64,000 nucleotides of DNA from an uncultured Chloroflexia bacterium (GCA_963797095.1 CAWCNY010000006.1:800001-864000), one strand, 5' to 3'. Numbered from the stretch's first letter, positions 10,474-21,136 are shown. Numbers and translations are program-made. Notes: generated by a model from the sequence alone, not told the origin.

Positions 10474-10519
10474 AGTCCGCGAAGGCGGACTTCGTTTGCG
10501 TAGCCCCCGATTTCAATCG
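10474..10519 (+). repeat. REP-like element, copy 2
   Basis: agtccgcgaaggcggacttcgtttgcgtagcccccgatttcaatcg, containing the hairpin agtccgc-gaag-gcggact. Confidence 0.85.
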
Positions 10520-10563
10520 GCGGGCGCTCTTGCCCTCTTGCAGCCTTCCAGTATACTTACCCC

Positions 10564-11145
10564 ATGCCCGAAATCTACATATCCACCGACATCGAGACCG
10601 ACGGCCCTATCCCCGGCCCCAACTCCATGCTCAGCTTCGCCTCCGCCGCCTACTTAGCTGACAAAACCCTTGTTAGCACCTTTTCCGCAAACCTCGTCAC
10701 CCTACCCTCCGCTACGGGCGATCCTACTACAATGGCCTGGTGGCAAACCCAACCCGAAGCGTGGCAAGCCTCCCGCGAGAACCCCCAGCCACCCGAACTC
10801 GTCATGCCTCAATACGTCACGTGGCTTAAGGCTCTTCCAGGTAAGCCCGTCTTCGTCGCCTACCCTGTCGCCTTCGATTTCATGTTCGTCTACTGGTACC
10901 TCATCCGCTTCGCCGGAGAAAGCCCCTTCTCCTACTCCGCACTTGACATAAAAACCTACGCCATGGCCCTTCTCAAGAAGTCCTACCGCAACTCCACAAA
11001 AAGGAATATGCCCCACCGCTGGTTCGACCCACTCCCCCACACTCATAAAGCCCTCGATGATGCCATCGAACAAGGTGCGCTCTTCTGCAACATGCTTGCG
11101 GAACGCCTCAGCGCCAACGACAATCTCAACAATCAGCCAGACTAG
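10564..11145 (+). CDS. DEDDh 3'-5' exoribonuclease (Rv2179c-like)
   Basis: [15 protein letters not shown] and HKALDDA exonuclease motifs. Confidence 0.85.
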   Translation: MPEIYISTDIETDGPIPGPNSMLSFASAAYLADKTLVSTFSANLVTLPSATGDPTTMAWWQTQPEAWQASRENPQPPELVMPQYVTWLKALPGKPVFVAYPVAFDFMFVYWYLIRFAGESPFSYSALDIKTYAMALLKKSYRNSTKRNMPHRWFDPLPHTHKALDDAIEQGALFCNMLAERLSANDNLNNQPD

Positions 11146-11176
11146 TCCGCGAAGGCGGACTTCGTTTGCGTAGCCC
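11144..11176 (+). repeat. REP-like element, copy 3 (3'-truncated)
   Basis: agtccgcgaaggcggacttcgtttgcgtagccc, which then runs directly into racemase coding sequence. Confidence 0.85.
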
Positions 11177-11796
11177 AGAAACTGATCCCACAGCACCTCA
11201 ACTCCGGCTATCCTCCCCTCATTGTCTACTACCACCGCTCTGCCCCGTTCATCACCGCCCAGAACAACAGGCACATCTTGCCCCTTCAAGCCCACCCCGA
11301 CATTCTCGACAGTGTCATCCACATGGGGCACATCGCAGACTTCTTCGTGATAACATCAAATGCCGCTCATCTTATAAAAGACCAGATCGAACAACGTGCC
11401 GGTCGCCCCGTCCTCTCCATGATCGACCTCACCGTCGCCGAGGTTCAACGCCGTGGCTGGAAGCGCGTGGGCCTGCCCGCTTTCGGCTTCCCTCGCGTTT
11501 ACGTCGAATGCCTCCAACCTCTCGGCATCACCTACGAAACCCTCCCCGACGAACCCGGCGGCCTCCGCGACCAGCTTGATGACGCTATCCACGCCGTCAT
11601 GACCGGGCAAAACAGTCTCCCCGAAACCTGGCTCATGACTAGCATCCTCGATGTCCTGCGTGCCCGAGGCACAGATGGCATCATCCTCGGCTGCACAGAG
11701 ATCCCCATCATGCTCGGCGACCTCGCCGTTGCCCCCGACCTCATCAACCCCCTCGAACTCCTCGCCGAAGCTGCCGTCAAATTCGCTATCGACTAG
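11170..11796 (+). pseudogene. Asp/Glu racemase-family gene lacking its N-terminus
   Basis: VITSNAAH and ILGCTEIP motifs. The frame stays open upstream of 11278 (VAQKLIPQHLNSGYPPLIVYY), but the usual MKxIGxLGGxG start is absent and replaced by REP sequence. Confidence 0.65.
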
Positions 11797-11817
11797 GCAT
11801 CCAAAAAGGATATCCCT

Positions 11818-12270
11818 ATGCAACTCAAACCCCTCTACCGCATCCGCTTCAACTACCCCGAAGATTGGTCCGTAGACCTCACAGGCCCGCGCGGCACCGA
11901 AACCTACCACTTCTTCATCGCCGAAGGCCGGTGTGAGGGCGCTATCAGCGGGCGCTACCGGGGCGCTAACCACCCCCTGCAGCGCACCGACGGCACCTTT
12001 GTTCCCGACTTCCAGGGCGTCATCGAAACCGACGACGGCGCTACCATCCTCTTCAACTCCCACGGCTTTGGCCGCACCTACCCTCCAGGCCGCCGCCAGA
12101 TCGTCGCCTCCACCACCCATATCACCAGCGATGAGCGCTACTCCTGGCTCAACGATGTAGTCTGCGTGGGCGTCGGCGAAGTCCGCGCCCCCTCCCCCGC
12201 CGCCCGTTCCCCACTCCCTGAGCTAGTCATCGACATAGCCGAGCTAATCTGGGAGCCAATAGCCGATTGA
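11818..12270 (+). CDS. DUF3237-like beta-barrel protein
   Basis: IETDDGATI and ERYSWLND.VCVGVG motifs; AAGGA RBS. Confidence 0.7.
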   Translation: MQLKPLYRIRFNYPEDWSVDLTGPRGTETYHFFIAEGRCEGAISGRYRGANHPLQRTDGTFVPDFQGVIETDDGATILFNSHGFGRTYPPGRRQIVASTTHITSDERYSWLNDVVCVGVGEVRAPSPAARSPLPELVIDIAELIWEPIAD

Positions 12271-12373
12271 CCGCGCGAAACGGAATCCCCTCCCCGGCAG
12301 TATATAGCTCAGAACTCTATCACTATCAAGCCCCATCTGCACCCACCAAACCCAACTGTCCAGGAGGCCAGCC

Positions 12374-12670
12374 GTGAACAGCCAACCGGCAAACGATGCC
12401 AACCCCCAGGTCACAATCTACACATCCAGCGATTGCGTTTGGTGCCCGCGCCTCAAAGATTACCTCTCCCAAAACGGAGTAGCCTACACCGAAAAGAACG
12501 TCGAACTGGACGTGGCAGCAGCGTCCGAGGCCCTCAACTTCGCGGGCCGCCGCCAGACCCCCGTAACCGTCATCGGCTCCAACGTAGTGGTGGGCTTCCA
12601 GCGCGCCCAACTCGATGCCCTTCTGGGACTCAAGGAACAAGGGCTTACCGGCTCCGACGCGCCCGCCTGA
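12374..12670 (+). CDS. Glutaredoxin-like (NrdH/YruB-type) protein
   Basis: CVWC active site, cis-Pro TPV and VVGF; AGGAGG RBS. Confidence 0.85.
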   Translation: MNSQPANDANPQVTIYTSSDCVWCPRLKDYLSQNGVAYTEKNVELDVAAASEALNFAGRRQTPVTVIGSNVVVGFQRAQLDALLGLKEQGLTGSDAPA

Positions 12671-12718
12671 CCCATTTCCCCGCTCCCGCAGCCACAGACT
12701 TCCCGCACTCGTCCCAAT

Positions 12719-12747
12719 TTGACAAACCCGTTCCCCGGTGCTATCTT
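12719..12747 (+). promoter_or_regulatory. Sigma70-type promoter of amt
   Basis: TTGACA (12719-12724), 17-bp spacer, TGcTATCTT (-10 at 12742-12747). Confidence 0.6.
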
Positions 12748-12814
12748 ACAGCACATTTCACCATTCCGTCTCTCAACCACCGGCAACCTTCCATCCACAC
12801 AAAGGAGTATGGTT

Positions 12815-14038
12815 ATGGAGAATATCAACGCGGGTGATACGGCATTGGTCCTCATAAGCGCAGCCCTCGTCTGCCTCATGACGCCGGGCCTGGCCTTCTT
12901 TTATGGCGGTCTTGTCCGGCGCAAAAACGTCCTATCGATCATGATGCAGAGCTTCATCTCGATGGGCATTGTAACCATCATCTGGGTCTTCATCGGTTTC
13001 AGCCTCTCCTTCGGCACCGACCACGGCGGCCTCATCGGCGACTTCCAATACGTCGCCCTCCGGCAAGTCGGCTTCGGCCCTAATCCCGCCTATGGCCCCA
13101 CCATCCCCTTCCTGGCGTTCTTCCTCTTCCAGGAAATGTTCGCAATCATAACCCCCGCCCTCATTACCGGCGCTTTCGCCGACCGGGTCAAGTTCAAGAG
13201 CTATCTGATCTTCCTTGTCCTCTGGAGCCTCCTCGTCTACGTCCCCTTCGTCCACTGGGTGTGGGGCGGCGGCTTCCTCGCACAGTGGAAGGTGGTCGAC
13301 TTCGCCGGTGGCATCGTGGTACACCTTAGCGCGGGCATCGCGGCCCTCGCCTCTGTCTTCGTGGTTGGCAAGCGCAAACTCGCCCCCGGCGAGAAGGTGA
13401 TCCCCCACAACATAGCCTTCGTAGCCCTCGGCACCGGCCTTCTCTGGTTTGGCTGGTTCGGCTTCAACGGCGGCAGCGCCCTATCTGCTGGCGGCCTTGC
13501 TGCCACCGCTTTCGTCAACACCGACATCGCCGCCTCCGTAGCCATGATCACCTGGCTCTTCATCTCATGGGTGCGCGACACCAAACCTAGCATGACCGGC
13601 GCTCTCACCGGCGCTGTGGCCGGCCTCGCTACTGTCACTCCCGCCGCCGGCTACGTCGAACCCTGGGCCGCTGGCCTGATCGGCCTCGCCGCTGGTGTCG
13701 TTTGCTATCTCGCCGTGCAATTCAGGATCAAGCGAGACTGGGACGACGCCCTCGACGTGTGGGGTGTGCATGGAGTTGGAGGCGGCCTCGGTGTCATACT
13801 CACCGGTGTATTCGCGGTCAAGGCCATAAACGGCGTCAGCGGCCTGATCGAGGGCAACGTGGGACAGTTCGGCGCGCAGGTGCTGGCCGTCGCCATCACT
13901 GCCACCTACTCGTTCGTCGTCACCTACCTCATCCTGAAGCTGATCAACATCTTCGAGCCGGTGCGTGTCTCCGAAGATGCTGAAGTCGCCGGACTGGACA
14001 CCTTCCTGCACGGAGAAGCCGCTTACGACACGATCTAA
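12815..14038 (+). CDS. amtB: Ammonium transporter
   Basis: MTPGLAFFYGG, DFAGGIVVH, WFGWFGFNGGS and DDALDVWGVHG motifs. Start moved to the ATG after AAGGAG. Confidence 0.95.
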   Translation: MENINAGDTALVLISAALVCLMTPGLAFFYGGLVRRKNVLSIMMQSFISMGIVTIIWVFIGFSLSFGTDHGGLIGDFQYVALRQVGFGPNPAYGPTIPFLAFFLFQEMFAIITPALITGAFADRVKFKSYLIFLVLWSLLVYVPFVHWVWGGGFLAQWKVVDFAGGIVVHLSAGIAALASVFVVGKRKLAPGEKVIPHNIAFVALGTGLLWFGWFGFNGGSALSAGGLAATAFVNTDIAASVAMITWLFISWVRDTKPSMTGALTGAVAGLATVTPAAGYVEPWAAGLIGLAAGVVCYLAVQFRIKRDWDDALDVWGVHGVGGGLGVILTGVFAVKAINGVSGLIEGNVGQFGAQVLAVAITATYSFVVTYLILKLINIFEPVRVSEDAEVAGLDTFLHGEAAYDTI

Positions 14039-14270
14039 TATCTCGTCTTCCCTCGGTTATTCAGATCGAAGCGATGGACCTCGCTCTCCGCAATCGCATA
14101 TGGGGAACGAGATCCTTCGAGCCGCCATGCCCCACACTCGACACCATAGTATCACCAACCCCAAGTACAGCCTGCCCACTGCATAGTGTTACCGTCTCCT
14201 GTATACTGATTGTATTCCAGCGATCTAATACCTGCGCAAAACTACCCGCCCTTACCAGGAGCACTACTGT

Positions 14271-14603
14271 ATGAACACTGTTCTCCAACTTCGCACAGGC
14301 GACACCGTCAGCAACCCCGATACCGAACAACTGCGCGAAGCCCTCTCCAGGCTTAGCCCCGGCAGCACACCAGGCTACGACACATGGCTCTCCGCTAAAA
14401 TAGGCGATAGCGACTGGTACATTACAGCCCATGAGGGCGGCTCCCTCAGCCTCACCATTGTCGATTACTCCACAGGCACCGGCGAGTATAAGATCTATGA
14501 ACTGCCCAACGTCTCCCGCGCCCACATCATTGAAGTGTGGAAAGAGCTTCAGCGTGGTGATATAGACGCCATCATGGGCAGGTCCTGGCAGCGCACCACC
14601 TAG
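14271..14603 (+). CDS. Hypothetical protein
   Basis: AGGAG RBS and host-like codon usage; no motif recognised. Confidence 0.6.
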   Translation: MNTVLQLRTGDTVSNPDTEQLREALSRLSPGSTPGYDTWLSAKIGDSDWYITAHEGGSLSLTIVDYSTGTGEYKIYELPNVSRAHIIEVWKELQRGDIDAIMGRSWQRTT

Positions 14604-14837
14604 CCCCACTCTCCCTGCTCTGTCCCCTCAACAAGTGACGCTCAAAATTGCGACAATAATGTACCCATTTGGGCGTATACACAACGCACAACTCCTGATA
14701 TATTGGTACTAGAGCCTTAGTCAAGCACTACATCATCTACAGGCAAAAAAGCAGTACAGGCTGGTTGCATATGCGGCTGGTCCCTTGCTGCCCTAGTTAA
14801 TATAGCAACCCAGAATCATACGCGGAGGTATAGACCA

Positions 14838-16037
14838 ATGGCTACTGCCTGGTGCCCATTCGCCGACCAGCGCCCCACCACCTGGAAGCGCTTCACCGGC
14901 AATCACGGTCGCAAAGCCGTAGTATTGCACATAGCCGAGGGGAGCTACGAGGGCACCTTGCAGGAGTTCGCCGATAGCAACCCCGCTCAGAAAAGCTCCC
15001 ACTTTGTGATCGCCAAAGATGGCCGCATCGCCCAGCTTGTCTCCATGAACGATAGCGCCTGGGCCAACGGCCTCTGCTGGCAGAACAACCACTGGCGTAC
15101 CCCCGATTGCAGCAAGCTCGACAATCCCACCTGGGCCGACATCATCCCAGGCGTCAATCCCAATATGTACACCATCTCAATCGAGCACGAAGGCTTCCAC
15201 GACCAACCCCTTACCGCAGCTATGAAGGCAGCCAACATCAAACTGCTCCGCTGGATCGCTGGCGAGCTTGGCATCGTCTATACCCTCGGCCACACCCTGA
15301 TCGGTCACCGCGACATCGACCCGCTTCGGAAGTCGTTTTGCCCAGGCTCCGGGTTTGACTTCAACGAAATCGCCCAGGCCGCCAACGCCGGCCCCTCCCC
15401 CGTTGCCTCTATCACCGAAGATACCCCCCTCCTGGCCCCACCCCGCGCCACTATCCAACAAGCCAGGGCCTACATAGCCCACAAAGGCGGCAGCACCGCT
15501 TATACCTCCGGCGACATCGACCTCATCACCCAGCACTACTGGACCCACGGCCCTTCCGTTGGCCTTGACCCTCTCCTCGCTCTCGCCCAGTGCGTCCACG
15601 AGACCAGCGACAACGGCCACCCCATTTCAAGCTGGTGGTCGCAACGGCCCCGGCGCAACCCCGCCGGCCTGGGCGTCAGCGGCCAGTCACGCAACACCGA
15701 TCCAGGCGACTCTCATAACTGGGCGGGCGACCCCCCCGATAACCCGACCGTTTGGCGGGCCGGGCTCTCCTTCGCTTCCTGGGAGGAATCGACCCGCGCT
15801 CAGATCGGGCGTCTGCTCGCCTACGCAATCCCCGCCGGCCAGGGCACCCCCCAGCAGCAAGCCATGATCGATTTCGCTCTCGCCCAGCGTCCTCTGCCCG
15901 CTGCCCTGCGCGGCACGGCCCCCGCTCTCAAGCAGTTGGGAGCAGCCAACAACCCCTCCGGTCAGGGCTGGGCAACCCCAGGCGCCCAGTATGGCGCACA
16001 CATTGCCGCCATCGCCCAGGAGGTCCTCGATCTCTAG
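14838..16037 (+). CDS. N-acetylmuramoyl-L-alanine amidase (Amidase_2) fused to a glucosaminidase/lysozyme-like domain
   Basis: VVLHIAEG, SSHFVI, ISIEHEG, IGHRDI..K.FCPG; C-terminal ALAQCVHET, RNPAGLG and WA...YG motifs. Confidence 0.85.
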   Translation: MATAWCPFADQRPTTWKRFTGNHGRKAVVLHIAEGSYEGTLQEFADSNPAQKSSHFVIAKDGRIAQLVSMNDSAWANGLCWQNNHWRTPDCSKLDNPTWADIIPGVNPNMYTISIEHEGFHDQPLTAAMKAANIKLLRWIAGELGIVYTLGHTLIGHRDIDPLRKSFCPGSGFDFNEIAQAANAGPSPVASITEDTPLLAPPRATIQQARAYIAHKGGSTAYTSGDIDLITQHYWTHGPSVGLDPLLALAQCVHETSDNGHPISSWWSQRPRRNPAGLGVSGQSRNTDPGDSHNWAGDPPDNPTVWRAGLSFASWEESTRAQIGRLLAYAIPAGQGTPQQQAMIDFALAQRPLPAALRGTAPALKQLGAANNPSGQGWATPGAQYGAHIAAIAQEVLDL

Positions 16038-16255
16038 GCCTGCAAACTCCGATCCAAAGCACATACTCTGCTGTATAATATAGAGCAGGCTATCCGGCTG
16101 CATAGTAAAGGTAGTGCATGGGAACCCCCTGGCAGTGGCTACCCTCCGGGCGTTGGCGTATTCCTACTGCTCTTCCTTTCCAGGGATGGCCGCAACTCCA
16201 TATCATCTGGGGTCACAATATAGAGACCAGGAACCTTAATACCAAGAGGAGTGCC

Positions 16256-16726
16256 ATGCCTCGCCTACGCGCCGAATCCTCCGCGCCTATAGACGCACCA
16301 CCTGATCGCGTCTATGCGATCCTCGCAGACTACCGAGACAGCCACCCACGTATCCTCCCCAAAGCCAACTTTCGCGATCTCAAAGTTGAGCAAGGGGGCA
16401 AGGGTGCGGGTACGATAATCAGTTTTGTATCCCGCTCAGGGGGTGTGGAACGCCACTACCGCATGAAGATCATGGAGCCTGAGCCCGGCGTGCTGGTCGA
16501 GCAGGATCTTTCCTCCTCCCTCAGCACCACCTTCACTGTTACCAAACTCGATGGAGGCTCGCGCTCACAGGTGACAATAGCTAGCGAATGGGACGCCAGC
16601 AAAGGCATTACGGGCCTGGTCGAGCGCGTCTTCTACCCACTTGCCATGCGCGGTATCTACAAGAAGGAACTCGCCCAACTCGCCTCCGTCGTCTCGGAGG
16701 GGACAGATAGTGTCGCGGCCGATTAA
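16256..16726 (+). CDS. SRPBCC/polyketide cyclase-like protein
   Basis: IDAPPDRVYAILADY..HPRILP motif; GAGGAG RBS before ATG 16256. Confidence 0.8.
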   Translation: MPRLRAESSAPIDAPPDRVYAILADYRDSHPRILPKANFRDLKVEQGGKGAGTIISFVSRSGGVERHYRMKIMEPEPGVLVEQDLSSSLSTTFTVTKLDGGSRSQVTIASEWDASKGITGLVERVFYPLAMRGIYKKELAQLASVVSEGTDSVAAD

Positions 16727-17651
16727 TTCTCGGTCCCGCCGCTCGCTCCTGGTGATCGCGCTGGTCTTCTTGCTGGTGGTGGGCGCAATCGCTACCCTGG
16801 TTGTCCTCTATTCCTCACCTACTTTGTCCTCCGCCGATGCCAGCGCCACCGCCGAGGCGCAGCAGTTCGCCACCTCCGAAGTCGAGCGCCAGTCTACAGC
16901 CGTGGCGGTTCGCCGCACTTCCACAGCCGCTGCCCGCGCCACCGGCACAGCCGAGGTGGTAGCACGGGCCACACGCGCCGTTCAATCCACAGCTACCGAA
17001 CAAGCGAACGTCCTTGCCACCGGCACAGCCGCTGCCATAGCCAGCGCAATCGCGCCCGGCACCCAAACCGCCGAAGCCACCGACTTCGAGCAGAGGCGTA
17101 CCGAGGCCGAGACCATCACGCGCAGGCTTGATAGCCAGGCCAGGCAGGTATTCGGCCCAACTTCCGGCACGCTCGACCACAAAACGGATGGTACACCCAC
17201 TTGCGCAGAAACGGATCTCGCGTTCCATAACTTCATCGCCTCCGCTCGCATCTTCAATCCCTACTCCGCTGCCCAGCACCCCTGGGATCACGGCATCACC
17301 TTCTCCAACGAGGGCGATGACACGTACTACAGCCTTGTTATGCGCTCCTCTGGGGACTACGCCCTCAAGCTGTCCGGCTCCGCCTTCTATGTCGAGACGA
17401 ACAACAGCACCGATCTGTTGGACCTTTCCCGCCCGGGCGACAATCTCATCAAGCTCTATATCAACAACAATGTGGCCTACCTCTACTTCAATGACTTCTA
17501 TGCCGACACTCTCGATCTTCGCCAGGTTAATCTCGGCCAGACCACCGCGCGCAATCACCGCCCAATGCTATGTGCCAACCTGGACGACGGCTCGGCTCTG
17601 GAAGGTGCAACCACTCGCTACGAGGATTTTACCGTCTGGTCGTTGCCGTAG
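16710..17651 (+). CDS. Membrane-anchored protein with an Ala/Thr-rich stalk and a C-terminal beta-sandwich domain
   Basis: N-terminal TM helix, ATAT-rich linker and beta-rich C-terminus; GTG start overlaps the upstream gene. Confidence 0.65.
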   Translation: MSRPINSRSRRSLLVIALVFLLVVGAIATLVVLYSSPTLSSADASATAEAQQFATSEVERQSTAVAVRRTSTAAARATGTAEVVARATRAVQSTATEQANVLATGTAAAIASAIAPGTQTAEATDFEQRRTEAETITRRLDSQARQVFGPTSGTLDHKTDGTPTCAETDLAFHNFIASARIFNPYSAAQHPWDHGITFSNEGDDTYYSLVMRSSGDYALKLSGSAFYVETNNSTDLLDLSRPGDNLIKLYINNNVAYLYFNDFYADTLDLRQVNLGQTTARNHRPMLCANLDDGSALEGATTRYEDFTVWSLP

Positions 17652-17714
17652 AGAATGGTAGTCGGAACCACAAACTCTAGCTTATCGTTCACCGGCAACC
17701 GGCAACCAACAACA

Positions 17715-18161
17715 ATGGAATCACTTATCTTCATCGGCCTGCAAGCGTCGGGCAAATCCAGCTTCTACCGGGAGCGGTTCTTCAATACGCACATCCGGCT
17801 CAACCTCGATATGCTCCGCACCCGCAATCGCGAGGCCATCCTATTCCAGGCATGCCTTCAGGCTCGCCAGAAGTTTGTGGTGGACAATACCAACCCCACT
17901 GCTGCCGATCGTGCACGCTATATCGAACCTGCGCGTGAAGCAGGTTTCTCTGTAATTGCCTACTATTTCCCGCCCGATCAAGCCGCCTGTCTCGCTCGTA
18001 ACGCCTCTCGCCCTGCCGCTGAGCGCGTGCCGCCCCAGGCGATCTGGGCCACCCTCAAGAAGCTGGAACCGCCCACCTTATCCGAGGGGTTCAGCACATT
18101 GTATGGAGTGCGGGTAGGTGCTGATGGAGAGTTTATCGTTGAGGAATGGCGCGAGGAGTAA
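17715..18161 (+). CDS. AAA_33 family P-loop kinase
   Basis: GLQASGKS Walker A, VVDNTN and EGF motifs. Confidence 0.8.
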   Translation: MESLIFIGLQASGKSSFYRERFFNTHIRLNLDMLRTRNREAILFQACLQARQKFVVDNTNPTAADRARYIEPAREAGFSVIAYYFPPDQAACLARNASRPAAERVPPQAIWATLKKLEPPTLSEGFSTLYGVRVGADGEFIVEEWREE

Positions 18162-18284
18162 CGCAAGCGATCGCATTGCCCGACGAGATGCAGGCGATCT
18201 CTGAACTCGACCGGGCATAAGCAACTCTGCTAATGCTTACCTACTTGCATAACACCTTATTCTGTCCAGGCCCTTGAACACGCA

Positions 18285-18296
18285 GAACAAATGTGC
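18285..18296. promoter_or_regulatory. Possible LexA box upstream of the VOC gene
   Basis: GAAC-AAAT-GTGC, one mismatch, adjacent to a TATCAT -10-like hexamer. Confidence 0.4.
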
Positions 18297-18375
18297 TATC
18301 ATGTTCTTGGCAGTAGACACCCCACCCAGGCCACGATCCCAAATCGGTCACCCCCACCAAAGGAGACAAAACAAC

Positions 18376-18756
18376 ATGCCACTCACGGGAATACAGTCGG
18401 TTTCGATCTATGTAAACGACGTTGATCAGGCGATTGACTTCTATACCAACAAACTTGGCTTTACCAAGAATGACGACGCGCCTATGTTCGAAGGCAGCGA
18501 TCTGCGCTGGGTAACGGTCTCACCTCCAGATTCCGATACCCAGATCGTGCTCGTCAGCGGTTACGCCGATTGGTCACCTGAGCGCGTCGGCAAGTTCTCC
18601 GGCCTGGTATTCAACGTCGACAACATGGTCGATACCTTCAACCAGATGGAGGCCAACGGCGTGGAGATCGTCGAGAAGCCCAGCAAGCAAATGTGGGGCA
18701 TGCAAGGCCAGTTCAAAGACCAGGACGGCAATACTTTTGTGGTTGTAGGACACTAA
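18376..18756 (+). CDS. VOC/glyoxalase/bleomycin-resistance family protein
   Basis: VSIYVNDVDQAIDFYTNKLGF and FKDQDGN motifs. Confidence 0.88.
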   Translation: MPLTGIQSVSIYVNDVDQAIDFYTNKLGFTKNDDAPMFEGSDLRWVTVSPPDSDTQIVLVSGYADWSPERVGKFSGLVFNVDNMVDTFNQMEANGVEIVEKPSKQMWGMQGQFKDQDGNTFVVVGH

Positions 18757-18831
18757 TGGAGTTCAAGGCTTGAAGATCAAGGGTCTCAAACCTTGAACTT
18801 AGAACTTCAAGCCAATAAAGGAGCAAAAACC

Positions 18832-19641
18832 ATGGAAGGTTATGCCCCGGTTGAGAACGGACAGTTGTATTACCAAACAGCAGGCGAAGGCCCGGCAATA
18901 TTGCTCCTCCACGCGGGTGTGGCCGACCACTCTATGTGGGAGCCGCAATTAGAGCCATTCTCGCAGGGCCACCAGGTGATAACATATGACCTGCGTGGCT
19001 ATGGCAAGTCGCGCACAGAGTCGGCTCCGTTCTCTAACCGCCAGGACATCTACGACCTGCTAATGCACCTGGGAGTAGACAAAGCCATCTTGGTGGGCAA
19101 CTCTCGCGGCGGCATCATTGCTCTCGACTTTGCCCTGGAGCACCCTGAGATGGTCACGGCCATCGTATGGGTGTGCGGAGGAGTCAGTGGAGCCGACCAC
19201 GACGCTCCCCAGGCCGAGATCGACTGGTTCAATAATCTCGAAACCCGATGGGAAGCCAAAGATTGGGCTACCCTCTCCGATTTGGAGGCCCACACCTGGG
19301 CCGACGGCGTTGGTCAATCCGAAGATCGCGCGCCCGCCCCTGTTCGCGATAGAGTTCGCCAGATGATATATGACAACTACACCCGCCAGGATGGAGAAGG
19401 AGAACCGCGCCCTCTGGACCCGCCCGCTGTAGGGCGACTTGACCAGATCACCTGCCCCGTGTTCGTCATTATAGGCGACCTCGATACCTCAGGCACTCGC
19501 GCCTCCGCCGACCTTCTCTCAGAAAAGCTGCCCAACGCCGAAACGGTGCATTTCCCCAGCGTGGCGCACATGGTCAGCATGGAGGAACCTGAGGAGTTTA
19601 ATCGCCTGGTGCTCGACTTCCTAAGCCGGCACAGGTTATGA
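18832..19641 (+). CDS. Alpha/beta hydrolase
   Basis: LLHAG, DLRGYGKS, GNSRGG nucleophile elbow and AHM catalytic His. Confidence 0.9.
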   Translation: MEGYAPVENGQLYYQTAGEGPAILLLHAGVADHSMWEPQLEPFSQGHQVITYDLRGYGKSRTESAPFSNRQDIYDLLMHLGVDKAILVGNSRGGIIALDFALEHPEMVTAIVWVCGGVSGADHDAPQAEIDWFNNLETRWEAKDWATLSDLEAHTWADGVGQSEDRAPAPVRDRVRQMIYDNYTRQDGEGEPRPLDPPAVGRLDQITCPVFVIIGDLDTSGTRASADLLSEKLPNAETVHFPSVAHMVSMEEPEEFNRLVLDFLSRHRL

Positions 19642-19691
19642 ACATGAGCAATCCCGAATCCTAGATGCGGGATCGCAACTGCACAATCCGT

Positions 19692-19742
19692 ATCTAAAAC
19701 AGGCAAAATGGCGGCGTCGCCGCCATTTTGCCTGTTTTAGAT
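19692..19742. repeat. Long palindrome (GGCGGC-core family), probable bidirectional terminator
   Basis: 24-bp perfect arms: atctaaaacaggcaaaatggcggc-gtc-gccgccattttgcctgttttagat. Confidence 0.85.
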
Positions 19743-19751
19743 CACTAAGCC

Positions 19752-21136
19752 TCAAGGCAATACCAGATAAAGGGCCTGCATACCTGATCGAAGGTGATCG
19801 TTTACGTGGCAATGGAATAACCAGGTACCTACCGCATCGGGCACCATGTCCATCACCGTCATCATGCCGGGGAGCAACTGCGTCATATCTGTACGCATCC
19901 CTCCCGCCATTCCACCCATACCGCCCACCGTAACCAGGGTGTTGCCATGCCAGTGGGGGCTGTGCACGTCGGCTTCGTTACCCATATCGAAGACATACCA
20001 GCGCACCGTTTCACCCCTGTGCATTACCAGGCCTGGCAGATTACTGAAAATATACCCGTTGATCGAATGCTTCAGATTGTCTTCAAAGAAGGCGTCGTCA
20101 TGAGGGTCAATGGGGCCTTCAGACGCTGCCTTGGCCCTCGCCTGCTCTGCTTGATGCGCTGCTGCCCTATCGGCTGCCTCTTGTTGTGCGTCCTCCTGGT
20201 CTTCGGCCCCGCCTTGACCATGCTCCGCTGCCTCTTCTTGCGCCGATGATTGATTAGCTGGTGGTGCCGCCCCCGGTGGCGCGTCTATCAACGGTCGTCC
20301 TATATACGTGGCCGCATTGCAGCCTAGATACCAGCTCTCATTCTCGTCAATGATGCTGAACATAGCGACGAACTCTCGGTCCACATCAACAGGGCTGCCA
20401 TCGGCTCTTACCATACCGCGCGCAGTGATAATAATAGGGCCGACCAACCCGCTGTTCACATCCTTGATCTCGTTGACGTGCGAATGATACACCCAGAGCA
20501 CCGAGCTACCGTCGCCGGGGCCTGGACCTGCACGTTCCGGAACCTGCCAGGTATAAACATAGGTGCCGCCGGGAGGCACAGCATCGTCATCCTTATCCGA
20601 TCCTGTTGTGCCGTCATTATAAGGAGCGCCCTCTGAGTCCTTCCCATAGAGCACCCCATGCGGATGCATACTGGCGGGATACTCGGTGTTGTTCTTGAAG
20701 TGGATCACTATCGTATCGCCCACCACCGCGCGGATCAATGGACCCAGCATCCCCAGGTGTTCCCATTCGGGCGGGCGCGGTTTGAGCTCTGTGAATGTGT
20801 CGTCGGTATATTCACGATACAGTGATTTGCGATAGACACTGCCGATCTGCCTGTCCGTGGTCTGCACGTAGATACTCGCCTCTGCATCGAACGGCTGCCC
20901 GGTAATGTTGTTACGATTGAGGGGGCATAGTCCCAGACAACTTCATCAGCAGCTATATAGTCCCAGACAACTTCATCAGCAGCTATATAGTAGGTCCTCG
21001 TCACAGGGTTGTCGGCAAATATAGTATGACCTGCCACAGACCTGGCGGCAGACCACACACCAAGCACCAGTAGTGGGATAAGGATCAAAGCAAATATCAG
21101 GCGTATAAACCTGAACGAGGATTGCCGTAGCCGCAT
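19752..21136 (-). pseudogene. Secreted two-domain multicopper oxidase, frameshifted near 20920 (real lesion or assembly error)
   Basis: The signal peptide and YYIAADEVVWDYAP are in one frame; SMHPHG, YHSH, HSPHWHG and FHCHVNDHLRSGM are in another. Adding one base restores YAPS-NRNNITGQPFD. Confidence 0.8.
20927..20991. repeat. Exact 30-bp tandem duplication within the MCO gene
   Basis: atagtcccagacaacttcatcagcagctat x2, giving YIAADEVVWD twice. Confidence 0.9.

Noticed and set aside
9214-10503. 429-aa Arg/Pro/His-rich ORF
   Set aside because: Alternate-frame shadow of the phosphotransferase, caused by C-ending codon bias.
14838-16037. Prophage endolysin
   Set aside because: No holin, structural or integrase genes nearby; host-like codon usage.
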